DNA of 64,000 bases from NCBI GenBank assembly GCA_000503835.1, contig CP006914.1, positions 529,680 through 593,679 on the forward strand, given 5' to 3'. This document shows, in pieces, positions 30,301 to 40,344 of this stretch. This DNA is from a candidate division WWE3 bacterium RAAC2_WWE3_1. Lineage in GTDB: Bacteria; Patescibacteriota; WWE3; UBA101185; UBA10185. Under the pieces are notes generated by a model, which saw nothing but the letters and a program-made list of their open reading frames with translations, was not told where the DNA came from and searched no databases. The position numbers and the translations under genes were made by a program. Each line of letters begins with the position of its first letter. Positions within the stretch are counted from its first letter, which is position 1.

Positions 30301-31800
30301 CTAGCCTCTTTGTTCGGGCTGGCCGCCTCGAATCTTATGGTATTTTTCTGTGTATTTATTGAGGATCTTTTCAACCTCCTCGTTTCCTATCTCAAGTCTT
30401 AAAAGGTCTATCGCATTTATCATGTCATATATGTCCAATTTATGCTCAAGTTTGAACAACGCATCTCTCCAAAGTATGGCTTTCTCATATTCCATGTTTT
30501 TTACCGCCCTGGCTTCCTCCTTTTTTATCAGGTGCATGAATCCCTCCCACACACCCCTCTGATGTCCCCCTTTGTCATAAGTTCTTTCTTTGAAAGGGAT
30601 TCTTGTTGCTTCATTTTGTTCTTTCGCCATCTGCCTTACTTTCCCCGTGCGCTGCCATTCAAATGCGGTGGACACTATCAGCTGATAATATTTTTGGGCA
30701 GTGCTTATGTCATTATCTGAAATACCATGAATGTTTTTAACGATATCAAGAAATCTAAAGGCGCCCTGCTCTATCATTTCAAGACTCCACCAGGGCTTGG
30801 CAGATGCCCACCAAAAGTGATCGCTGGACATGGCAACGTCCATTTTATTTTTTAGCTCGTCGTAGTTATCGGAACTTTCCGGTACTTTATAAAACAAATT
30901 CAGAACGAACTTGAAAAAATCCCATTGATATCCATGGATGGGATTGGATATATCAAGCCACGATAAAAATTGAGACCCTCTTTCTATATCCCGAGGACTG
31001 CTGGCCCAGGTAGACTCACGGGGCACGACCGTCTCCGTAGTCAAATCCCTGGAACAGGTGTTTAAAAAGTCACTTATTGACATAGTAGAGTACGGTTTTT
31101 TGGAGTTGAGTATTTCGCCAAGCAGACTTTCCAGTCCGGGTCGGTGATGTCCGAATGTTTCTCCATCCATACCGGTCACTACATAAGTGCGGGGTATTAT
31201 ATCTTTGATGGCAGGGTCCAGGGTTGCCTTGCTTCTTACCACAGCGCTCATGACCAGATTACTTAGCCGCCTGTTTCTGAAAAATACTCCCAAACCGCTG
31301 TCCTTAATACGATAGAGTTTGTCGTCTGACGGAGATGCGATTTCTTTGGCGTAAGCTATTTCGTCAAGTATTAGCCACTTGTAACCCAGCTCCTCCAACA
31401 TACCCGGAAGAATACCGGAGTAAGCCATCTCAGGCGGGAAAAACCCTGCCTTTTTATAAGTATTACCAAAGTAGAAGGACAGCGTCTCTTCATTCTTAAC
31501 TATTTGCCTGTAAACTTCTGTCTCGGGAACCAGAGGTATAAAAGCATGGTACTTACAGGAACCGGTGAGTTCAATCTTTCCTTCCTTCAGCGATTTTTTA
31601 ACCATGCCCAGCAGGTCGTGGTATCCGTTATTGTCCAGCAGTTCTAACAGAGATCCCGAAATATTGATAGATTGACTGCCAAACTTTGATGCATTTATGG
31701 ACTTAAATACGGGTAGGTATGATTGGGAAACCACCGCCTCGAGGATATCTTTTTGCTGATCAGCCGGTTGATAAAAATGAAGAAAGCTTAACCACTTCAC
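30301..31800 (-). CDS. Glycoside hydrolase family 57 protein
   Basis: 'LHFYQP', 'YHAFIPL', 'FFPPEMAY', 'MDGETFGHH', 'SSDHFWW'. Confidence 0.9.
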   Translation of the reverse strand: MKWLSFLHFYQPADQQKDILEAVVSQSYLPVFKSINASKFGSQSINISGSLLELLDNNGYHDLLGMVKKSLKEGKIELTGSCKYHAFIPLVPETEVYRQIVKNEETLSFYFGNTYKKAGFFPPEMAYSGILPGMLEELGYKWLILDEIAYAKEIASPSDDKLYRIKDSGLGVFFRNRRLSNLVMSAVVRSKATLDPAIKDIIPRTYVVTGMDGETFGHHRPGLESLLGEILNSKKPYSTMSISDFLNTCSRDLTTETVVPRESTWASSPRDIERGSQFLSWLDISNPIHGYQWDFFKFVLNLFYKVPESSDNYDELKNKMDVAMSSDHFWWASAKPWWSLEMIEQGAFRFLDIVKNIHGISDNDISTAQKYYQLIVSTAFEWQRTGKVRQMAKEQNEATRIPFKERTYDKGGHQRGVWEGFMHLIKKEEARAVKNMEYEKAILWRDALFKLEHKLDIYDMINAIDLLRLEIGNEEVEKILNKYTEKYHKIRGGQPEQRG

Positions 31801-31801
31801 T

Positions 31802-33046
31802 CTACGATTCTAGCATAGATGAAATGTTCCGCACCAATGTGAGAGTCTTATCTTTTATCTTGCCTTCCGGCATACTGTTTGCAGCATCTGTAACGTAGGC
31901 CAGAGATCTTTCTATCATACCCCTGTGAAAAAGCATGGGGTTCCCGAGTATCGATTTCTTTGAGGACCACCAATATTTATCGCTATGCTCGAATTTCATT
32001 ATCCAGAACAATCGTCTCAAGTATTCTTTGGTTTCTTCGGAAGTATCTGTCATACTTTCGTAAAACCACAGAGGTTGCGCAGTCGTATCGTGATCCCCAT
32101 CGTTGCCCGGGATCCGCACCTGATTCTCACCCAGGAGCTTTTCTAAAACGTCGAGATTTTTCTGTATCTCATTCCCGGACCAATACGGGTAAGCATTACC
32201 TACGGACATGTCTTCATAACTTGCCCCCCACGTGGACTCAATAATCTCATCGATTTTTTTAGTGCGCATTTCGGGGAGCAGATGATAGACACTGACAAAA
32301 CTGCCACCTTTTTCTGAAACTACGTTTATGATATCCTCCAGCATGTCTATCCCTTCCGGATTGTGATGACCGAAAGTCTCACCATCAAGAGCTATGACCT
32401 GTGAAACACCACCTGCAAAAATAGAGTTGACTAAAGTATCTACCGAAGAGCCTCTGTAAAAAGAGAGCATGTCGCTGAGACTTTTGTTGCGGGCCACAAT
32501 CTTTATATCCAAATCCCCAAGCGTGTCATACACCGGTTCATATCCATCGTATGACAAATTAGGAATTGCTGTCTGATCTACGAGTATCCAATTGTAGCCT
32601 AGTCCGTTTACAAGCGAGATAACCTCGGCGTTCACGGCACATTCAGGAGCAAAGAACCCCCCGATGTTCTTCGTCATAACCGCAGCCTCTCCTTCAAATC
32701 CTGTTCTGCTTCCAAAATAATATCCCAAAGCGTATTCGTTCAGAACAATTTGTTTTTCTGCTGACTCCTCCGATAGTTTGGTAAGTAAAGGGTGATATGC
32801 CGCAGTACCCGTCAGCTCTATACGCTCGGAGGCGTAAAGATCCTTTACGTCGGATATCCAGCTTCCGTAACCGTATTTGTCCGCCTGCTCAAGCAGGCTC
32901 AAGGGTATATTTAATGTAAGTGAGACGTTTTTCTTGGCTTTTATAAGTTTTATCAAAGGTAGGTAGCATTGGGAAAATATCTTGCGGGTCACCGCTTCGT
33001 CCTGTGTAGGTGGTTGGTATAAGTGTAAAACCAGGGCTATCTTCAC
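31802..33046 (-). CDS. Glycoside hydrolase family 57 protein
   Basis: 'LHLYQP', 'YHPLL', 'FAPECA', 'LDGETFGHH', 'SDKYWW'. GTG start chosen from the promoter position. Confidence 0.88.
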   Translation of the reverse strand: MKIALVLHLYQPPTQDEAVTRKIFSQCYLPLIKLIKAKKNVSLTLNIPLSLLEQADKYGYGSWISDVKDLYASERIELTGTAAYHPLLTKLSEESAEKQIVLNEYALGYYFGSRTGFEGEAAVMTKNIGGFFAPECAVNAEVISLVNGLGYNWILVDQTAIPNLSYDGYEPVYDTLGDLDIKIVARNKSLSDMLSFYRGSSVDTLVNSIFAGGVSQVIALDGETFGHHNPEGIDMLEDIINVVSEKGGSFVSVYHLLPEMRTKKIDEIIESTWGASYEDMSVGNAYPYWSGNEIQKNLDVLEKLLGENQVRIPGNDGDHDTTAQPLWFYESMTDTSEETKEYLRRLFWIMKFEHSDKYWWSSKKSILGNPMLFHRGMIERSLAYVTDAANSMPEGKIKDKTLTLVRNISSMLES

Positions 33047-33052
33047 CCGCGT

Positions 33053-33082
33053 ATTATGAGATAAAAGGAGGGTGTTTGTCAA
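33053..33082 (-). promoter_or_regulatory. Sigma70 promoter TTGACA-18-CATAAT, leaderless
   Basis: GTG 6 nt after the -10. Confidence 0.55.
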
Positions 33083-33141
33083 AGATTTCTTTGAGAGCAC
33101 CCCGGAACAACTAACAGACAAATGTTCATACTCGTGCAAAA

Positions 33142-33233
33142 ATTAAAGGGTACGATCCGGGAGGGACGGCTTCTTATACTCCTGCCCACAGCATAAGAAA
33201 CTTTAGTGTCCCCCTCGGGTCGCACCCGTTAAT
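33142..33233 (-). terminator. Long imperfect intergenic hairpin after glgA copy 2
   Basis: 20-bp outer stem (4 non-Watson-Crick positions) plus 10-bp inner stem, followed by TTTAATTTTT on the minus strand. Confidence 0.5.
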
Positions 33234-33253
33234 GCCGAAATCCTATCAAAAAG

Positions 33254-34786
33254 TTATAGGTTTGTCAAACCTTCCAAGGCCGAGAAGGAGCGGTGTGGGT
33301 TTTCATGAAAATTTTTAGTTGTTTCATAGAGTTTTGAATATTCCCGTGCGCTAAACTCCCAGCTGTAATCGGCCCGCATTGCGTTTGTCTGAAGACTACG
33401 CCATAACTTGGCGTTCTTGTAGAGCTCTGCCGCTCTTATAATCTTACCGAACAATGAAAACTCGTCGAACTCGTTAAACAAAAACCCAGTACCGGTTTGT
33501 TTTATTGTGTCGAAATTCTCGACAGTATCTGCCAAACCACCAACATTTCTGACAATCGGAATTGCTCCGTACCGCATAGCTTCGATTTGAACAATACCGC
33601 ACGGTTCAAAACGGGACGGGTACAAGATACAATCTGCCCCGCCGAATACGAGCCTGGGTAATGTAAAATTAGGATAAGGATGTATGCCAACCTGTGTCGG
33701 GAACTCATTTTTCAGGTTATTAAGACGTTCTGTCAGAGACCAGTCTCCCGCGCCAACCTCCACAAACTGCACGTCATACTCTTTCAAGACATGGTGCATA
33801 ACAGTAGTTAATAAATCAACACCTTTCATAAAATCCAAACGTCCCACGAAGGCGAAAACCATTTTTTCCGAGGAAACGGGCAAATCAAATTCTTTTTGTA
33901 GTGCTTTCTTATTTTCTGACCTAAGTTCAATATTATTAACGTCAAAATTCTTATGCAACAACTTATCGGTTGCCGGATCAAATTCGTCATAATCGATACC
34001 GTTCACAATTCCGAACAATTTACCTTTAAGTTCGGAAAGCAGCTTATCCAGCCCCTCTCCGAATTCAGGTGTTAGTATTTCCTTGGAATATGTTCTGGAT
34101 ACCGTGTTAACTGCGTCGGCAAATATTATTCCCCTCCTCATATAGTTAAGGGTGTTCACTCTATCAGAGAATATCGAACCTATGACAGATTTACCGTCAT
34201 CAAAATTCATTTCTGAAACGTGTCTGTGGTCAAAGATACCCTGATATGCCAGATTATGAATAGTCAGCAGAGACGAGATATTTTTGAGCACGGGATCGTT
34301 CTTGTAAAGGGTTTTTATGTAAAATGGGATAGACGCGGCATGCCAATCGTTGCAATGTATGACATCGGGAACAAATCCTCCGCGTCTCACGAACTCCAGT
34401 GCGCCTCTCGATAGTAATAAAAAACGGGTGGGGTCGTCGGAATAACCGTACACATTAGCTCTCTTCTCGAAATACTCCTGATTTTCTAAAAAGAATATTT
34501 TCACGCCGGAACCATTTTCATAGTATTTCACGTTACACACGAGCTCGGGATTTATCGCATCATCGGTCGGGACAGCTAATCCTTCCATGGCCATTTTCAT
34601 AGGATATTTTTGTTCGTCTATCAGACCGAATTTAGGAATGAACACAGCTACTTCGTAACCGAGACCTGTCAATGCTCCGGATAAATGCCCGATAACAGAT
34701 CCTGCGCCTCCTACCGAAACGTAGGGCTGGGCTTCAGTGGCTACCAACAATATCTTGTGAACTTTCGGAGATTTTTTATCGGCCAT
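33254..34786 (-). CDS. glgA: Glycogen synthase (GT5), second copy with divergent KxGG motif (SVGGAG)
   Basis: 'PDVIHCNDWH', 'TIHNLAYQG', 'PSRFEPCGI', 'GGLADTV'. Confidence 0.92.
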   Translation of the reverse strand: MADKKSPKVHKILLVATEAQPYVSVGGAGSVIGHLSGALTGLGYEVAVFIPKFGLIDEQKYPMKMAMEGLAVPTDDAINPELVCNVKYYENGSGVKIFFLENQEYFEKRANVYGYSDDPTRFLLLSRGALEFVRRGGFVPDVIHCNDWHAASIPFYIKTLYKNDPVLKNISSLLTIHNLAYQGIFDHRHVSEMNFDDGKSVIGSIFSDRVNTLNYMRRGIIFADAVNTVSRTYSKEILTPEFGEGLDKLLSELKGKLFGIVNGIDYDEFDPATDKLLHKNFDVNNIELRSENKKALQKEFDLPVSSEKMVFAFVGRLDFMKGVDLLTTVMHHVLKEYDVQFVEVGAGDWSLTERLNNLKNEFPTQVGIHPYPNFTLPRLVFGGADCILYPSRFEPCGIVQIEAMRYGAIPIVRNVGGLADTVENFDTIKQTGTGFLFNEFDEFSLFGKIIRAAELYKNAKLWRSLQTNAMRADYSWEFSAREYSKLYETTKNFHENPHRSFSALEGLTNL

Positions 34787-34883
34787 ATTACTAGATGATA
34801 CACGCACACCCATCTTTGGGCAAATATCCCGCCCGGGGTGTGCGCGCCAATGTCTATTAAATTCGTTATCCTACCGTACAGCC

Positions 34884-35792
34884 TTAAAGAATAGACTCGG
34901 CTTCCTCTATTAAGTCGGCGTCACCGTGCTTTCTTATATCGGCTAACAGTCTTCCCTTATCAGCGACGAATAATCCATGGAGCTCCTCACTGGAAGCGTA
35001 AAGGTCTTTGTCATCGTTGGTCATGATGCAGAGCTGAGCATTGTTTTCGTCGGAAGGTGTGAGCATCAAAATCCTCTCAAAGAAATCCTTGTCTTTGGAT
35101 CTGACGTACACATGGAGCAGGGAGAAAGGTTTTATGGCCTTAAACAGGGACAGTCCCGCATTCATTGTAAATGCATAATCAAGTCCGGAATTCCTCGAGG
35201 ATTTATCTATGTTCTGAGCAATATCTTTAAGCCCTCCTAGTCTGCTCCTGTAAAAGAACAGCGGGTTTTTAGGCGCCACCGGTTCCTGCTCGGTTATACT
35301 GGCAAATGTCTCTTTTTCTTCTGCCACGGCAGGCTTAGATGAAGCTTCTACCCTTTTTGCGTTCTCCTCGTCGAATTTTTTTGCTGCCTCTCTGAACTTG
35401 GCCAACCAATCTATCGGTTCTTCCTCCGCCGGAACTTCTTTTTCCTTTGGTGCGGGTTCTTCAACCGCAGGTGTTTCCGGTTCTATCGGCGTCTCTTCAC
35501 CAACTTCTTCTGCTTCTTCAACGGGCTCCTCAACTTTTTCTTTTTTCTTTGTTTCCTTTACTTCTGGTTTAATAGTCTCTTTAGGCAACGGTTGTCCTGC
35601 TTTTTCTTCTGCACCTCCGGGATACAAAAAGTCCAGGATATTTTTCTTAGTAAATCTATGACGACCTGTTGCAGTTTTTACCTCTGCCTGTAATTTGTCC
35701 TCTTCGATATACCTATAAACAGAGCGGAGACTAACACCCAAAATATCTGCCACTTCAGTAGACGTATAAAGTTTATCTTCAAGATTTATCAT
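34884..35792 (-). CDS. Excisionase-like HTH + acidic/Pro-rich linker + AbiEi-like C-terminal domain
   Basis: 'YTSTEVADILGVSLRSVYRYIEEDKL..TATGRHRF'; C-terminus 'YAFTMNAG..LHVYV..NAQL..VADKGRLLADI'. Confidence 0.7.
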   Translation of the reverse strand: MINLEDKLYTSTEVADILGVSLRSVYRYIEEDKLQAEVKTATGRHRFTKKNILDFLYPGGAEEKAGQPLPKETIKPEVKETKKKEKVEEPVEEAEEVGEETPIEPETPAVEEPAPKEKEVPAEEEPIDWLAKFREAAKKFDEENAKRVEASSKPAVAEEKETFASITEQEPVAPKNPLFFYRSRLGGLKDIAQNIDKSSRNSGLDYAFTMNAGLSLFKAIKPFSLLHVYVRSKDKDFFERILMLTPSDENNAQLCIMTNDDKDLYASSEELHGLFVADKGRLLADIRKHGDADLIEEAESIL

Positions 35793-35880
35793 AATTAAAT
35801 GTAAACACTTGTTATATAAGGTGTCAACAGATGAATGTTGTTGCAATAGTGATTCCTATATGCACAAAAGCTTGGGGATT

Positions 35881-36777
35881 TTATTTAAGGGCGCTTAAAA
35901 ACACTCTGATCGGGAATAAAGGAAAGGCTGTGACAATACGAGATAAACGCCACGGTTGAGTACACAAACGAAACAACCACTCCAGGTTAAATTGAGTAAT
36001 CTTGTCATTCGGTTTCTTACTAACACCTGACAAATAGTCGAAAGTTCCGCCGACTCCGACACCCACCCGACACGAAATCCGGTCCAAATTTCTCCTAATC
36101 CAAGCCTCTTGTTTCTTATGTCCGTACCCCACCAAAATAAAATCCAAAACTTCAACACCTGTCCTACGCATACACTCTTTAATGTATTCGACAGTACGTT
36201 CGTCATCTTCTTCTCTATAAGAAAATGAGGACGACGCGCCGATAATATTTACGCGCGGGTAATCTTTTCTTATTTTTTCAGCGGCCTGACCCGCGACATC
36301 CATTGATCCGGATTCCAAGGGCTTTCCTCGCCAGTCTCTTACCATGCCGCCCAGCAAAAAAACGGAGTACCCTTTATCGGACGAGAGCTTAAAAATCTCC
36401 TCACTCAAACGGACCCCGGTAACTTTAGGGGCAAACTTCATAGATTTACCGAAGGATCCTATGGCTGTTTCCAGACCTGCTTCCAAACCTGCCAAAAACC
36501 CGGCCGTACCCTTCTTCCCGATTCCCGACATTTTCTTTAAATAGTAATCGGCCATCACAACTCCCGCTCCGTCAGGTAACGACATATCGGCGTTATTTAT
36601 CATATCCCTGAATTCGGGATCGTTCTGAGCCGACATAATGAACTCGGGATTTGTTGTACAGATATAATGAGAACCGCTCTTAAGCAGAACGGTCTCTATT
36701 TCCTTCATAACACAAGCAATATTACAATCCATATCCACGTTCACACCCAATATGTCTACCCGTCTTCCGCATGTCAT
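35881..36777 (-). CDS. WecG/TagA/CpsF family glycosyltransferase
   Basis: 'TTNPEF', 'PDGAGV', 'VFLLGG', 'KQEAWI', 'GVGGTFDY', 'LEWLFRL..QPWR'. Confidence 0.92.
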   Translation of the reverse strand: MTCGRRVDILGVNVDMDCNIACVMKEIETVLLKSGSHYICTTNPEFIMSAQNDPEFRDMINNADMSLPDGAGVVMADYYLKKMSGIGKKGTAGFLAGLEAGLETAIGSFGKSMKFAPKVTGVRLSEEIFKLSSDKGYSVFLLGGMVRDWRGKPLESGSMDVAGQAAEKIRKDYPRVNIIGASSSFSYREEDDERTVEYIKECMRRTGVEVLDFILVGYGHKKQEAWIRRNLDRISCRVGVGVGGTFDYLSGVSKKPNDKITQFNLEWLFRLCTQPWRLSRIVTAFPLFPIRVFLSALK

Positions 36778-36906
36778 ATAAGAGTAATTATACATGTGCG
36801 GCATTCGGGCCGGAAACTATGCGACGGGATATACCCCCATGAGATGAAAAACACTCCTCACAAAAAGAGTAAAACTTTATCTTCGTTTTCTGGTAAAATG
36901 GGCACT

Positions 36907-38076
36907 ATGAGTGCCGAAAAGAAGAAAAAGATTAGCATTTTAGAAAAGATATTAACTATAGCTGTAATAATGGGCGTAACATCCGCCCTCTACCTTTACA
37001 CGTCGGGTTATAGGCTGGACAAGGGAAAAGGTTCGACTATAGACCTTGCTAAAACGGGTATGATTAGCGCTAAATCTCTTCCGGATGGGGCCAGCGTCTA
37101 TCTCGACGGAAAGCTTATGACCGCAACTAACGATACTTTGTCGGGTATAGCTCCCGGAAAGCATAAAATAAAGATCGAGAAAAAAGGATTCGTGCCCTGG
37201 AACAAAGAAATAGAGATTTATGAAGAGCTTGTAACGGATATCACGGCCGTACTCGTATCACAAAGTCCCAGGCTGGAACCGTTAACCAACACCGGAGCAA
37301 AATACCCGAGCATCTCTCCTTCCCAAAATAAAATAGCCTACTTTTCGGAAGACGGCGAGAAACCCGGCGTCTGGGTCACCTCGTTGAACGGAGCAGGAAT
37401 AGGTCTTTTCAGAAACACCTCCGTAATGGCAGTGCAGGACACAAAATTCGTGAAATACTCTCAGGGCAAGAGCATAGAATGGTCGCCCGACGAAACTCAA
37501 CTACTGTTACAGGCATCAAACGACACATATTATCTGGTAGACCTGGCATCTAACACAGCTTCTACCGCCTATGCACCCGATGAAATAAGACAGGGTTGGC
37601 AGGAACTTTTGCTGGAAAAGAGAAAAGTGTTGGTCGAAAAGCTTGAAGTTCCTGAAAACATTAAGCAACTCGCCCTTTCCTCAAGGGCTTTCTGGGCGCC
37701 CGACGATAAAAAATTCCTGTATACGATCCAGAGTGGTGACACCCTCGAGTATAGAACGTACAACTTCGAGCGTCCTATCCCGATAGGCGAAAAAATAGAG
37801 AACACAGCCTTCACAACGAATTTAAACGACACCCAGCCTAAAGTCTCCTGGTACTCCGACAGCTTCCACCTAATCCTTGTCGAAGGAAATATTGAACAGG
37901 ACAAAAGAGGGGTAATTTCTCTTATAAGAATAGATGGCACGAATAAAGTTGAGGTCTACAATAACACTCTTATGTTCAACTCGGTATTTGCAGTCCCGTC
38001 CGGCGATAAGATAATCGTGCTGACCTCTTTTAAATCGGGGGAACAAACAGACCTTTACACAGTAGGAATCAGATAA
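36907..38076 (+). CDS. PEGA-domain membrane protein with TolB-like beta-propeller
   Basis: TM, 'SLPDGASVYLDG..PGKHKIKIEKKGF..W', and 'SPS/WSPD/WAPD' repeats. Confidence 0.8.
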   Translation: MSAEKKKKISILEKILTIAVIMGVTSALYLYTSGYRLDKGKGSTIDLAKTGMISAKSLPDGASVYLDGKLMTATNDTLSGIAPGKHKIKIEKKGFVPWNKEIEIYEELVTDITAVLVSQSPRLEPLTNTGAKYPSISPSQNKIAYFSEDGEKPGVWVTSLNGAGIGLFRNTSVMAVQDTKFVKYSQGKSIEWSPDETQLLLQASNDTYYLVDLASNTASTAYAPDEIRQGWQELLLEKRKVLVEKLEVPENIKQLALSSRAFWAPDDKKFLYTIQSGDTLEYRTYNFERPIPIGEKIENTAFTTNLNDTQPKVSWYSDSFHLILVEGNIEQDKRGVISLIRIDGTNKVEVYNNTLMFNSVFAVPSGDKIIVLTSFKSGEQTDLYTVGIR

Positions 38077-38080
38077 AGCT

Positions 38081-38758
38081 CTAACGCGAACCCGGAATAA
38101 CATCCTTCAGCACGGCCGTTACTACAAATCTATTTATAGTCGTACCCGGAGGATCGCACGTCTGTAAAGTGAGAACCGATTCAATAACGGGTCTTAGCAG
38201 AGGCTGAGTGTTCCAACCTTTGACAACTTCTTTGTTCGTAACCTCGTAAACGTAGTCATCGCCTTTATAAAATACATGAACCTCATCCCCGTAGTTCAAC
38301 TTTCTTAGTAGGTTAAAAACCGATGCGTAACCTCCGAGGTCAAAAAAATTCAGTGAAGCGTGCGCAAAAAGATATACATTGCCCGGTTCTCTGGAAGGGT
38401 ACTGGGAGGTAGACGCATGAGCTATCCCATGTTTCAGTGCTTCTCTATAAGCCTTTTCGTCCGTTACCGACACGTCGGCGATTATCGGAGCGTTCACTCC
38501 TATCCTTTCAATAACAAGCGAAAATTCCGTATCGACAGGGGTCATAGCGATAGGGTTCGAGGATAAAAGCCTCGCGAAAACACTGTCCTTCTCCCCTCCT
38601 TCCGCGTTAATCTTATACTCCTGGTTACGCAGTTCCTTTATGTAGAACCATATCTCATCCTTTAACAGCGGCCCGAACGAAAAAAGCAGAAATAAAATGC
38701 CGAGGATTATCAAAACATTCGAGAGTTTAATTGGCCTGGTGTGCTTGTTATTTAACAT
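38081..38758 (-). CDS. Sortase (class D/E-like)
   Basis: N-terminal TM, 'GNVYLFAH', 'LTLQTCDPPG..R'. Confidence 0.88.
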   Translation of the reverse strand: MLNNKHTRPIKLSNVLIILGILFLLFSFGPLLKDEIWFYIKELRNQEYKINAEGGEKDSVFARLLSSNPIAMTPVDTEFSLVIERIGVNAPIIADVSVTDEKAYREALKHGIAHASTSQYPSREPGNVYLFAHASLNFFDLGGYASVFNLLRKLNYGDEVHVFYKGDDYVYEVTNKEVVKGWNTQPLLRPVIESVLTLQTCDPPGTTINRFVVTAVLKDVIPGSR

Positions 38759-38786
38759 AACCTTTCTACCATTGTACAATAACCCA

Positions 38787-39059
38787 ATGAAAGTATTAAA
38801 AATAGGGGCTATCTGGTGTTCCGGGTGCCTTGTTATGAAACCGATCTGGAAAAAGATAGAAAATGAAAACCCCTGGTTGAAGACCGAATACTACGAGTTT
38901 GATGACAGCCCGGATATTGCACTAAAGTACGGGCTTGGGGCAGGATTTCTGCCTACCTATATATTTTTGGATTCTCATGACAAAGAGCTCGCCAGAGTTA
39001 GCGGGGAGATAAAAGAAAAAGACCTGTTGAAAATTATCGAACGACACCGGGAAGAATAG
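38787..39059 (+). CDS. Thioredoxin-family protein
   Basis: 'AIWCSGC', 'LPTYIFLD'. Confidence 0.85.
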   Translation: MKVLKIGAIWCSGCLVMKPIWKKIENENPWLKTEYYEFDDSPDIALKYGLGAGFLPTYIFLDSHDKELARVSGEIKEKDLLKIIERHREE

Positions 39060-39062
39060 CAG

Positions 39063-40268
39063 ATGCGTAAATGGTCACCGCTACTATTTTTCATTGTATT
39101 TACCGCTCTCTTTCTGCCTGCCGAAGCCCACAGTTCGTCACTTGATATATATCTTTTCCAAAGCAACACTTGTTCTCACTGCACCGCTGAAAAGACTTTT
39201 CTAAAGGAAATCGCTCCTAAATACCCCGAACTGGTAATAAATTCCTATGAGGTATCGAATAACCCCCAAAACCTGCAATTTATGGTAAAGGTCGGTGAAA
39301 AACTGGGGGTGGACGCCGGAGGCGTGCCTTTTCTGGTCTTAGGAAAAGAGTCGATAGTCGGATTCAACAGTAACGAAACTACCGGGGTTCAAATCGAAGA
39401 AAAAATTAAGGAAGCCCTGCAAAATCCTCCCGTAGACATGGTAGAACAGGTATTGGCTGAAAATCCCGAACTGATCACAGTAAAAACCTACCTGACGCCT
39501 TCCGGGACAGAAACAGAAAAACCCGCCGGGAATAAAAGCGCGTTCAAACTCAATCTTGACCCGAAATCACTGCCCCTCCCTGTATTTACCTTCGTCATAG
39601 CACTGATGGACGGGTTTAACCCCTGTGCTATGTGGGCTCTGTTGTTCCTTATTAGTCTATTACTAGGCATGAAGGACAGGAAAAAAATGTGGCTTCTCGG
39701 AGGAATTTTTATTGCCACGTCCGGACTTGTCTACTTCCTGTTCCTGGCCGCCTGGCTCAACTTTTTCATGTTTATGGGGTACGCTCTGGTGGTCAGATAC
39801 GTCGTGGGTCTCTTCGCCCTGGGGCTCGGCATTTATTACTTATATGATTTCTACAAGAACAAAGGCGGATGCGCTGTCAGTGAAAACGAGAAAAGACGCG
39901 GGTTCATCGAACGCATTAAACAAGTTGTGCTGAACAAACATCTTTCCGTTGCACTGGTGGGAATGGTAGTACTTGCAGCTTCGGTAAATTTGATAGAACT
40001 GCTTTGCTCGGCAGGACTTCCCGCTGTCTATACCAAGGTTTTGAGCATGAACAATCTTCCGGAGTGGCAGTATTATCTGTACCTGATGTTCTACATATTA
40101 ATCTTCATGCTTGACGATATCATTGTATTTGTGGGCGCCATGATAACGCTGCAGGCGTTCGGGATTAAAAATAAATATGCCAAGTACTCTCATTTATTGG
40201 GGGGCATCGTTGTATTGTTAATCGGTCTTGCTCTTATTTTCAAACCGGAACTGTTATCTTTTAAGTAA
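39063..40268 (+). CDS. Exported glutaredoxin/thioredoxin domain fused to a DsbD/CcdA-like membrane domain
   Basis: Signal peptide, 'CSHC', 'GVPF', 'DGFNPCAMW', 'ELLCSAGLP', multiple TMs. Confidence 0.8.
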   Translation: MRKWSPLLFFIVFTALFLPAEAHSSSLDIYLFQSNTCSHCTAEKTFLKEIAPKYPELVINSYEVSNNPQNLQFMVKVGEKLGVDAGGVPFLVLGKESIVGFNSNETTGVQIEEKIKEALQNPPVDMVEQVLAENPELITVKTYLTPSGTETEKPAGNKSAFKLNLDPKSLPLPVFTFVIALMDGFNPCAMWALLFLISLLLGMKDRKKMWLLGGIFIATSGLVYFLFLAAWLNFFMFMGYALVVRYVVGLFALGLGIYYLYDFYKNKGGCAVSENEKRRGFIERIKQVVLNKHLSVALVGMVVLAASVNLIELLCSAGLPAVYTKVLSMNNLPEWQYYLYLMFYILIFMLDDIIVFVGAMITLQAFGIKNKYAKYSHLLGGIVVLLIGLALIFKPELLSFK

Positions 40269-40310
40269 AACGGTTTTTTGAGAAATATTTTTCTGAAAAA
40301 CAAAAAAGTG

Positions 40311-40338
40311 TTGACGTTTCAAAAAACTTTGATACAAT
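40311..40338 (+). promoter_or_regulatory. Sigma70 promoter TTGACG-16-(TGn)TACAAT
   Basis: A-rich UP-like region and extended -10; no ORF downstream. Confidence 0.6.
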
Positions 40339-40344
40339 GTCTGA

